Shown one piece after another: positions 15,301 through 27,300 of a DNA stretch of 60,000 nt. Positions within the stretch are counted from its first letter, which is position 1, and the number at the start of each line of letters is the position of its first letter. The position numbers and the translations under genes were made by a program. The notes beneath the pieces were generated by a model. The model ran no database searches, was not told the origin of the DNA, and saw nothing but the letters and a program-made list of their open reading frames with translations. The stretch comes from Lytechinus pictus (taxonomy: Eukaryota), in assembly GCF_037042905.1 (NCBI RefSeq), contig NC_087250.1, positions 18,044,001 through 18,104,000 of the forward strand, read 5' to 3'.

Positions 15301-18300
15301 TCACTGAGTTTTCCCATTCCTGCAGTTACCACCATCTGAAAGGGATATGACTAGAATATATGTAGAGAAATAAAAGTCATCATTTGCTCAATGAACAGTG
15401 AATACGTTCGTCCTTACTCCAATGCAAAATTATTTGCATTTTTTGTGACAGTCAGATCTTGCATCCAACAATTTTGCTACTGAAACATAATATTCATTTT
15501 TTGACAATTACACTGAAAAAATTAAATGAAATAAAATTGAAGGCAAAAAATTATTGTGCACATATGCATATTTTTGATATGGTATGCTATTGAGTCATGG
15601 ATTTGCAAGTGAATTTTTAAAACAAGTGCAGAGATTTTTGTATATATATATATATATATATATATTTCTATAATTAGTTGCATGATTAAAGGTTCACTTT
15701 ATAATATGTCAGAAAAAATATACTTGGAATGAAGAGAGGGTAAAAAAAGGAGAGAGGAAACATAAGATGGTATGGTGAAGCTCAAAATCAAGAGTGATGT
15801 GATATAGTTAAAAAGAAAGAGTAGGAATGGAATATGAATAAAAGACTGAGTATGATAATATAAATAAACAATGATTAATTGGCTACTGTAAACAATTTTT
15901 TACCAAAGCAGAATGCATTAAACATCAAATGAATGGTGTGAACTCTGAAGTGCAAATGAATCTTCTTACCTTTTAATGGGGGGGGGGCATTTTTCTGCTC
16001 AAAAAATATATCAGCCCCATTTGTTTGCGGGGGGGGGGTTAAGTTCTTAGTCATAATCCTTTAACTTTTACTTTTATGAGGTCATTTTCTAAAGACCCCC
16101 CCCCCCCAAAAAAAAAAAAAGGGAGTAATGTCTCGCTTTAAAATACAAAGACCCCTGAGGGGCAAAGGCGTAGACTGGTTGAGCATAGGGAGATAGAAGT
16201 GGTATGGGGAGGGATGCACATCTTGGGAAGGTGGAACTAAGGTTTGAAAAATCAGCCGTTGAAAGTAGAAGGGGTACACATTTTGTTTTGCTTGCCAGTG
16301 TTGGAACTCCTTTGCCAGAGCGGAAGGTTTCACATTCACCCAGTGTACCCCCAGCCTATGCCCTTGAGGGGATGCTTATTTCAAGAGTGTTAATGGACAC
16401 CGCCTTTAACCTTTATTTTGAGGTCAGATTTTAAGGACCAATCCCGCTCCTCCCCCAAAACCTAGAAATATTACTGAAGGTGATTAATACCCCCACACTC
16501 ATATATTTTAATGCAGTTTAGAATTTAATATGAATCTTTACCCAAAGATGAATATTTCTTCCAACTTTTATGAGCACTGACTAAAAAAAGGGGAAGTTGT
16601 TTGATCCACAATGAGTTTTCCTGCATTTCTGGCTATCATATGTGGTTACCATGGCAATATACTCTGACAAATGCACACATAAAATGGTTCTTGCACATCT
16701 TTACCTCAAAGCAAATGTATGAGCCAAATTTCATGAGAAATGGTTCAAAACTGATGAAGTTGTTCAAATTGCAAGGTTTTTACCTAAATTTTGCCATATA
16801 ATATGTTGTTACCATGGCAACACAATTTATGAAACACATACAAAAAGTGCCTTGTACATCTTTACTCTAATACCAATGTGTGTATCAAATTTCATGAGAA
16901 TTGATTTAAAACTGATGAAGCAGTTTGAATTGTAATTTTTTCCCCAATTTTCACCAAATAATATGTTGTTACCATGGTAACAAGATTTTTGAAAGACACA
17001 CAAAATGTGTCTTAGACATCTTCACCTCAAGACCAATGTGTGTTCCAAATTTCATGAGAATCGGATGAAAACAGAGGAAGTAGTTCTAACTGCAAGATTT
17101 GTACCTTATTTTTGCCATAATACACTGTTACCATGGCAACACAATTTCCAACACATGCAAAAAAATGTGTCTTGCACATCTTTATCCCAAGACCAAAATA
17201 TGTACATACACACCAACATTCAACCCCCTCCATCACCACCCTTCGGCTTGTTTAGCATCTGCATTCAGATATTTAGTGCATTGAGATGTGAGGACAAACA
17301 GAATATCTGTTCAAAAAGGGTCTGAATTCAAGAACTAAACCAATGCAAAATAATGCACTGCTATTGAGTTTTGCACTAGCGCTAGTCTATATATCAGACC
17401 AATCTAAACTCATAAATTCTGACATTTTCACCCATTTTTTCACTGTTCCTGCAGCCAGATTTTTTGGAGCATACCCCATTTTTAATTCTCATACATAAAC
17501 AAAGGTCTGGAGAAAAAATCATGCTTTTGTCCACCGTGTCCACATAATTCCGCTAACAGACCAGACTATTATTAGAAATTTCAATGAAGATCTCCAGTAC
17601 TATATTGATACAATGTGGTTCACTTTTTGTTTCTTGTTTTGGTTCTATCGAAAACGCGTTTGATAATATATTACCTTTTAATTTGTTACTATGGCTTCTT
17701 TCCTCTGTTTTGTTCTATTAGCCCCCCCCCCCCTCTCCATCCCCTTCTTCCACACCCTCGCTTATTATCATTCCTACCTGACTCTGAGTATTCGATGATC
17801 TTCCAATCTTCATTCTCTTCATCTTCATCCTCATCTGGTTCTTGAGGTGATGGGTCAGAATTCACGTCCGGGTGAAGAGGAGTCACGTCATCATTATTCT
17901 CATCATCTGCATGATATGATTTATAGCCAGAGGGTTTTGTTGCATTAAATAAAAAGCTTACCTGATAATAACCATTGAAAACTCACCACTTGTGCCGTAA
18001 AAGGGCAATAGTTCGGTGTGTTTAATTGCACAACCCCTCCCCTTAAGATTAAAATTTTCATCCAATGTGCAGGTAATATAATCTTTTAAAACCCTGATTT
18101 TTGACGAGGCCAGTTTCGATCAATTATACCTCTTTGGTCAAGCCTTCCTGTCGACGAGAACGAAATATATGACAAGTTGACAACACAATTAAAGCCCAAA
18201 CCAACCTTCAAAGTTTATACGGGCTTGCCTTTCAATTATGATGCGTGTTATTTTTTCTTAAAAGCACCAAGCAACATTTAAATGTATAAATTAGGATGCT

Positions 18301-21300
18301 ATTTTATTAAATTATGCTGTAAAAAAGGATCGTGTAAATGAACCTTTTTATTTAAAAACTCTAGTTTAGTAGTCGATTTCAGTTCACTAACGTATTAAAA
18401 TGCGTTACTGAACTGAAATCGACTTCTGAACTAGAACTTGCCGCCACATTTATCGTTTTGTGTGTATTTCCTTTTCGTTAAATAATTTTAAATACCATTC
18501 ATGTCCATCACGTTTGAAGCCTCATTTAAAGATTCCCAGACCATCTTCAGTTTTTCATCCGGTTTATCTGATGATATTTGAGATGCTTTCCACATCGAGA
18601 GCATTTGAATGTTAGCATCCTTCCTATTGTACAGGGAACGATGCTCGATGTGCTGTAACTCTAAATCGTCAAATCCCAGTTGCTTGCCAATCTCATAGAA
18701 TTTCTCTTTGTTAATGCGACGGGAAAATTGTAATAGCGTGCAGTCAGGAATCTCTCTGTATTATTGGATTGAAATCATGAAATTCACTATCAGTAATTGT
18801 TACCATCATGACATGCATTAACTTTATAATAAACACAATTTTAAGAAAACTGACAAGTTTGCGTTATTTTAATTTAAAAGGCAAATTAAAATTTTAACTA
18901 ATTTACATTAATCTTCAGTGTTTTTAGTAAAGCAAAATAGTCACACATTCCATTTATGAAGTTGCTGCTTTTTTCATTTGTCTACACTAAAACGTACTGC
19001 ATACTAAAGAAACTTACTCAGTTGGGTCAATATCTTGATGGACGTAGCCGAATCCGAGATGAGAGCAATGTTAAGAGAAGAGAAAAATAAATTTATGAAA
19101 GAAAAATTACTAATAAACTTAATTATTAGTATGCTGCCTAGATGTTAGCAAGTATGTCGTTCCTCATGCAAACCTATACGATCTTAAGTTACAAACGAGA
19201 TAAAGAATTTTGGCATGTAATTCTACAAGAGTAACGGTAGTACCACTTGAGAAAAATTGCCAAAAACCCGTACTGTCGATTTTCCTTACAATATTTTACA
19301 AACAAAAATGCAGTTACACCATGAATCTAGAAGCATTTTTCTGAAACTAGTAAAACACAATTATTACTCACCCCTTTACGGACGATGAAAAACTAGACTA
19401 AATCCAATAGTTTAATCCACATGCGAAAATAAAGGATAACGCTACTCAATTTGCATGTTATTATCAACTATTTTTTGTGATAATGGGAAAATAAATTAAT
19501 GCTTGCAAAATATATGTACTGTTATTGGAAGAAATTGTCAGATATCCGTACTCTCCATTTTATAGCAATATTTCCGATTTCTTACAAACGAAGATGCAGT
19601 TACATCATGCAGCTGAAAGTAATTATTCTGAAACTAGTAACACAAATAATGTTTATCAATCTCTTTAGATACGACAGGTATTATAAAAAAAAGACTGAAA
19701 CCAAAGTAAAATCAACAAACACTAACTCAAACCTGGGAAAGTTGTATCATTTGAAGATGAGTTGAATGATTCTATAATTGTGATGAGGGTATTCTTTGCT
19801 GCTTGGGTAGATGCTTGTCTCCCTCTCCATGCCAGTAGCATGTCATAGGTAGCTTTCTGCCTATCTCGGAATCTCCTGTACTCTACCCGATCCAACTCGG
19901 CTATGGTGAAACCAAGAGCTATGCCCATATCATAGAACTGATTTACGTCCATTGTCTGGGCTATTGTTAGAAAGTCTACGTCCGATTGTAGGTCACTGTT
20001 CTTTACTTCTTGGAGTGTCCTAGAAGATGGATTGAAATAAAAAGGCAAGGCTGAAATATCAAAGAACTGTACAGTTGTTCAATATCAATGAATCTATATT
20101 ACTACATATTAAAACAGTTTCCCTATATATCACATAAAAAATTATACATCCATGGCGTGGCAATGTAATTTTAAAAGCCTTCGTTGAAACGTTGCCGTTG
20201 TGAGAACTTGACTGATAGTTCACGATCATAATTATTATTGATATCTTCATCCGTCCTATCGAGTCAAGAAGCATATTACGTGAAATGAAATCAATCTTTA
20301 TATCTGTTTTCTAAACAAACATCTGAGCTTCCTCAAAAAAGAAGAGAAAGGAAAAACATGTTATCCGATGGAAACTTACCTAGTGAAGTCTGTCTGTTCG
20401 GAGAGAAATTGGCACAGAGGTCCATCTAACACAGAGAGAAAATGAAGAGTCATAAAACAAGCATTCCACTGTGTTTTCTGTTTACAATGATAATACTTTA
20501 TTTCATAATTTAGAAATTACCTTCGGCATTAACAGATCATATAAACTATGCTTATGCTGTCTGCGATAGTGTCAATGGATGAATATGTACACCTTGTAAT
20601 GATGATTGGTTTAATACCGTTCATTTAGTTCATGGAGCTGAGTGACATGGTGGGTAATTCTTGAATCCATCGCCTTATCCAAGGCTTTGGTGATTAAAAT
20701 AAGAAATATTTTATCATTGCATTATCAAACATGAAATTCTACCTGTATATCTGATGACAAAGGCAATAGATCGTGAAATCCCAAGCTTCCCAGCCTGTGT
20801 AATTGTTATGGTAATCACTGCAAAGTTTAGATCGCCTTCACTGGGTGGAACGTATATCGATATACATTGGCTTATCTTGGCTAGAAGGTCCCTAAGAGAA
20901 ACGATCTGTTGGGAAAAATCCAGCAGCAGAATAGAAATGCATAAACCACCAAGAGGCTGTGCCGTTTGGGCAGGCTTTGATCCATCATAAAAAAAAGGTA
21001 TTATTTAAACCGGGGGGGGGGGGGGTACTAGCCAGGAGGCTCCTATAGAGTAAAAATCATTTACTAACGTATATATGCTTACTCTCCACGGAGCCAGGAA
21101 TTCCATCCCATTCATGTACGTGTACCGCCCAAAAACAGAAACTTTCGCGAGATTTTTCCCGAGATTTTGACCTTCCTTCTAAAAGAACTAGCCCTAAATT
21201 ATGTAAGTGGGATATAACTTCATTTCCGACATTCCTACGCTATCGATTTCATTTTTAAACAAGAATTCATTTTAAAAACGAGAAAAATATTATGAAAAGA

Positions 21301-24300
21301 CGGCGGGAAACTTGACACTGCAATCTTGTTTCTCATTGTTCTTTGCCAACGTTACGGACGCATGCGTCCGTAACGTTATTTTAATGAATTCTTGTCTAAA
21401 CATGAAATGTTTTACTTTAACTTATAGGTAAATATCATTGTACATGCCTCAATTTATTTTGTCTGTATAAGTTCATTGTGATTATTTCGCCACATTACTT
21501 TGTTCTGTTGAAAATGAAATAAATTGAAATTGAATTGAAATCGATACCGTAGAAATGTCGGAAATAAAGTTGTATCCCATTTAAATGATTTAGGGCTAGA
21601 TCTTTTAGAAGGAAAGTAGAAATCTCGGGGGCGAAAGTTTCTGGTTTTTTGGCGGTACGTGCAGATGAATGGGGAGGAATCCCTGGCTCCGTGGAAAGTA
21701 AGCATACGTTAGTAAATGATTTTTACTCTCTAGGAGCCCCCTGGCGAGGGGATACTTAGATTTGGTTAGGACGGGGGTGTGCGGCTGAAGGTTTAAAACC
21801 CATACCCATATTTACGAGTCATTTCGGCTAAAAGTGTACCCTTTATTTAAGGGATTTTAATAAAATTTGACAAGCAAAAAATAATAAATAAAAGAAGTTA
21901 TCACCCAAATTTGGAGGAGAATATGGACCCATGTTTAAGGCCAGTATCTAAAAATTGGGGCCATGTTTAGGGAATTTCCAGCATAAAACCATACCGCATG
22001 TTTAGAGATTTTTTTTTTCCAAAAAAGCGACCCGTATGCCTTATTTTGTGAGTACTTTAAATCGCTTTGGGATTAGTTTCATGCTAACAAGGAGCCTGAT
22101 TGCTAAGAGCACCTTATTTGTTTTATGGTTATCAAATAAGTTCTGAAGCTTAATTACCTGGCTCTCAATTTCTCCTCCTTCACGATGGCACGTGATTGTG
22201 ACGTCACCAGCCTTTGTTTCAACATTGAAAGGGACCGAGCGATGACATCTATGGTAAGATTGTTGTCTCGACTTCTCTTGTGTTGCCTAAAAAGATTATA
22301 ACGATTATATTTAATTTCAATTATTGAAAAATGAGAAAAAATATCAAAATTCATATTTTATAATTCTAACTAGAAATCTGGAGTACAGAAACTCCGAAGA
22401 CTAATTTTGCCTGCCCAATTAATCTTCGGCGCGGCAGCGCTATATATTTGTCTGACGCGGCCGGAGCTCCCGACTTCCCACCGGTTGTGAATCGGACTCT
22501 CTACCAGCTTTATAGCCAACACAACCGTTGAAATGATTGATATTGTGTATTAATGTTATTATCAACATGCAATTACAGATGTGAAAAGTTTACTTTTCTT
22601 GATGAATGTGTAAAAAATCCTGATTTTTATTTACAACGGTGCTAATATCTTTAAGCAGAATTATCTATAATAATTTTGATGATAAGAGCAATACTGATTA
22701 TGACAGTGATAATTATATTAAGATTGATAATGACAATAATAATAAAAATAATAATACTATCAATGATAGTGAAATGGTTCAGAGCGCTTCAAATCATTAC
22801 GTCAACCAATAGCATTCAAGTAATTTTGTTCTACCCGCAAACATTCACCTAGCTCATCTGGCTGGAGGGTGGAAAATTTTCAATCAACAATTTCTCAAAT
22901 GATAAAGATCTTCGGGTTTTCAGAGCTGTTTTTTTTTGGCGAATGAATTATAATTCTGAACTTATATGGAGCGACGATGTTTAATACTGACCGCTTCGTT
23001 TCCAGGTAGGTCGTTACACAACTGAAGATTAACTGCAAGCTCTTTTCCTCTTTCGATCCTGTATGGGACGTATGGAGTACAAATAAGTTGCTGTCGGATC
23101 ACCTGTTGTTCAAGAGGAATCAGAACCCACCACTCCGCACAGTGGCCAATGTACAACTCAAGATGTTTCTTGTACAGTCTGCAGTATGGTGGTTTGTCTG
23201 GTGAGCTGGATGACTGCTTCCTTAGAGTTTTCGGTAGATCTTGTTTTACCAATGCCGAAAAGAGAAAAGATCAATGGAATGAATTTTATCACGACTTTCA
23301 GAAAGTCACAATGGTTATTAACTGTATAATTATCAGAAACGGTATTATTAGTGACATAATTAGCTGCTGAAGGAAGCTAATGTATTGAATGAAGACATTG
23401 CGGTGTTGATTTTTTTTTTATAACAAACATGTGTACACGTTGGTATCAATAATGCACAAAGCATTTTCATTCATCTGTGTTTTGGAAACATTTTACATAC
23501 CTTTATTTGGAATATATTTTACATACATTTAATTGTTTGGTTTAAAATTGATACTTGTTGTAATTATATACATTCTTTCTAGCACAAAGCTCAAAGAAGG
23601 GAGGATGTTACAATATCTGCATGTTTATGAGATTTGAGGAGCATGTAATGATCCTACCAAAAGAGGGCGCTACAAACCTTTAGTACTTATAAAATGCTTC
23701 TCTCTCGACTATACAGAAGCTGTGTTATTCTGTTTGACTCTGACTCATAATATAACTTGAAACATGATGGCAGCGGTGAAAAGTTACATATTTCCGTAGA
23801 ACAGTTATTGTTCTTCTCTCTGAACTCTATTATGCATCTGCAAACTGTGTTTTGACCTGGATTTCGCCAGCTTTCTGAGAGTCATTCCTGCATGTGTCCC
23901 ACATATGTAAGTCGGTGTACTGTTTTCTACATTCAGTATAGCTGCTATTAGTATTGGTGTGAATTACCATTCTGACTTACTGTTACTACTGTTGATTGCA
24001 TGATGACTGATAATCATAGTGATGGGTCTCCTTCCGAGCTTCCACATGGAGCTACTTTTGCTAAGCCTTCCATTCAACCCCTGGGCATTTTAATGCGTCT
24101 GCTGGGCATAATGTCGCAGAGGAGTGGAAAATGTGGAGCCAGCAATGGGAAAATTACTCTATTCTCACAAATCTCTCTCAACAACCTGATCGTTATCAGA
24201 CTGCCCTTCTCCTTCACAGTGTTGGACCGGAATGTCTTCGCGTCTACAATGGCATGAAATTTGCTACTGAGGCTGATAGCATCAAATGTTCTGTGATTAT

Positions 24301-27300
24301 ATGGACAAGTTTAACACACATTTCCTTGGGGAGAGCAGGGAATTCTTTGAGAGATTTAAATTCAACCAGCGCAATCAAGAGAGTGGTGAATCCATTGAGC
24401 AGTATGTCACGGTTCTTCTTATGATGAGCAAAACGTGTGGATTCTGTGACTTTATAAAAGACAAGCTGCTTGTTGATCGTGTCCTACTCGGTGTGCGTGA
24501 TGATCGAATGAGAGAACTACTCATTTCGAGATCTGACCTTGACCTCACGACTGCTATAGACGTGTGTAAAGCTGTAGAGGCTACTTCTGTCCAAATGAAA
24601 GCTCTGAGTCAAAAGAATGAAGACATACATAAAGTTGGACAGAGACATTTCCCAAAGTCTGGAAGAAAAAGAATAGCGCATAGAAACCAAAAGGGAAAGA
24701 TCTACAGAAAGGTAAATCAGAGGTTAAGAAGTTCAAGTTCTGTAACAGGGTTCATGAGATGAAAAAAGAGTCCTGTCCAGCATGGGGACAAAAGTGCAAA
24801 GCTTGCAGTAAGCCTAATCACTTCAAGGGATCTTCAGTGTGCAAGACGAGGAATGTTCACCATGTCGGAGATGATGACTACTCATCCTCAGCTGAAAGCA
24901 TTAGTTTTGTGCAAATTAATGCAGTGGATATGGACAAAGAGCCAATTATCTGTAACATGCTTATCAACAATCAGAGGGTACCGTTCCAACTGGACTCAGG
25001 TGCAACAGTGAATCTTCTTCCACAAAAGTATCTAAAAGAGGAGGATGTAGTTCAGAGTGCAAACATCCGTCTATCTATGTGGAACAAAGCTATAACTCAT
25101 GCTATTGGCAAGTGTAAGGTGATAACCAGAAATCCTGCTACTGGCAAGAAATACAAAGTTGAATAAATTGTAGTAAAGGAAGATCTACCTCCACTGTTAA
25201 GCAAAACAGCAGGGGAAAAGATGCAGCTCATTACTGTTCATTATGATTCCCTTGAGCTAGTACGCAGCATAGTTCCTGAGGACATTGCTGAGATAATTCC
25301 TGACAAGCATCCTGATGTGTTCTCGTCTTCTTCAATTGGCACTCTGCCTGGAAGTCCTGTTGATCTGACGGTTACGGATGATGCAATGCCTACTGTTTGC
25401 CCAGCTAGAATCATCCATGAATCCTTGAAAGGCAATATAAAGGATGCACTTGATGATCTTCAGGCAAAAGACATCATCGAAGAAGTCAGCTCTCCAACTG
25501 ATTGGGTAAATCAGATGGCTGTGGTGCAGAACAAATCTGGTAAAGTACGTGTTTGTCTAGACCCCAGACCTCTCAAGAGGGAGCACTATCCCTTACCTGT
25601 CTTAGATGATATTCTACCTCAGCTTTTCAGATGCTACAGTCTTTTCAATCTGTGACTTGAAAGACGGATACCTTCACTGCCAGTTAGATGAAGAGTCTAG
25701 TTTACTGACGACTTTTGCCCCACCCTTGGGAAGGTACAGATGGAAACGTCTTCCATTTGGTTTGAAAGTCAGCAGTGAAATCTTCCAAAAGAGGCTTCAC
25801 CAAGCACTTGATGGTCTTTCTGGAGTCCGCTGTGTGGCCGATGACATCATCATCTGGGGCAACAGTGACGCTGAGCATGATGCCCGACTGCATTGTCTAC
25901 TGAAGAGATGTCAAGCTGTTGGCATTGTGTTGAACAAGGAGAAATGCCAGTTCCGACTGAAAGAAATCTCATTCCTTGGCCACATAGTATCCAACTCTGT
26001 AATCAAACCTGATCCATCAAAGATCGAAGCTATCCTGAACATGAGCGATCCTTCCTGCAAAGATGACATCCATCGTTTGCGTGGGATGGTAAACTACCTA
26101 TCCAGATACCTACCTAAGTTATCAGATGTGATGAAACCTCTCAATGACTTGACGCATAACAACTCAGCGTGGACTTGGGACTCCAACCACGACAAAGCTT
26201 TCAAGCTGTTGAAAGAGATGCTAGTGCAAGCACCTGTGTTGGCCTTCTACGATCATAGCAAACTGCTAGAAATTCAGACTGATGCCAGCTCCACAGGCGT
26301 GGGTGCGGTTATGCTACAAGATGGTAGACCGATAGCCTATGCTAGCAGAATGCAGAGTGATGCTGAATCCAGACACTCTGTCACTGAGAAAGAAATGCTT
26401 GGTATAGTATTTGCACTGGAGAAATGGAATCAATACACCTATGGCCGTGAAATAACTGTGTTCACTGACCACAAACCTCTTGAAACCATCTGCAAGAAAC
26501 ACCTGGATAGAGCTCCAAAGCGTCTGCAAGGGTTACTGCTACGAGCTCTTGCATATGACATACAAGTGAGATATCTCAAGGGCAAGGAAAACGTTCTGGC
26601 TGATGTTCTTAGCCGTGCTTCTCTTCCCTATGAGAGTGGACAACATGATCTAGAAGTGGTGAATGATGTTAACCACTTGGCACTCCCTGATGACAAGATA
26701 GCAGAGATAAAAAGACAGACTGCCAATGATCCTACTCTCTGCCAACTCAAAGACACCATTCTTGAAGGGTAGCCAGACCACAAGTCACAACTTCCTCAGT
26801 CACTCACCCCGTACTTTGGTTTCAGAGATGACCTTTCTGTCAGTGATGATCTAATCTTCAAGGGTGAACGGCTTGTAGTCCCAAAACAAGTCAGGCACAA
26901 AATGAAAGAGGAGTTACATCGTGGTCTCAATGGTGTCGAGTCAACTTTGAGGAGAGCTCGTGATCATCTCTACTGGCCGGGCATGAGTAACGAAATCAAG
27001 GAATTTATTCAAACATGTGCCACATGCCGAGAAAGCTCTATCTCACAGCCTGCCCAGCCTCTGATGTCGCACCAGATTATTGACAGACCATGGGCCAAGA
27101 GAGGACTTGATCTTTTCCATCATAGTAATGACACATATCTTATCATGGTCTGTTATTACTTAAACTTCTTTGAGATGGAAAAACTACAGAGGACAACTGC
27201 CCCTGCAGTCATCAAGAAACTGAAACACCAGTTTGGGAGATATGGAGTACCTGAAATCATCGTATCTGACAATGGTCCCCCTTTCTCCTCTAACGAATTT

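Noticed and set aside
13023..17325. Paired ORFs 13023..13385 and 17005..17325 as duplicated genes
   Set aside because: Mirror translations of the foldback arms with no protein motif.
19372..19397. Alternative microexon with a GTGAGT donor
   Set aside because: Both possible acceptors give in-frame stops, and it lies in a degenerate intronic duplication.
19018..19732. U12 AT-AC intron explaining the AC acceptor
   Set aside because: The upstream donor is GTTTGAG, not the U12 RTATCCTT consensus.
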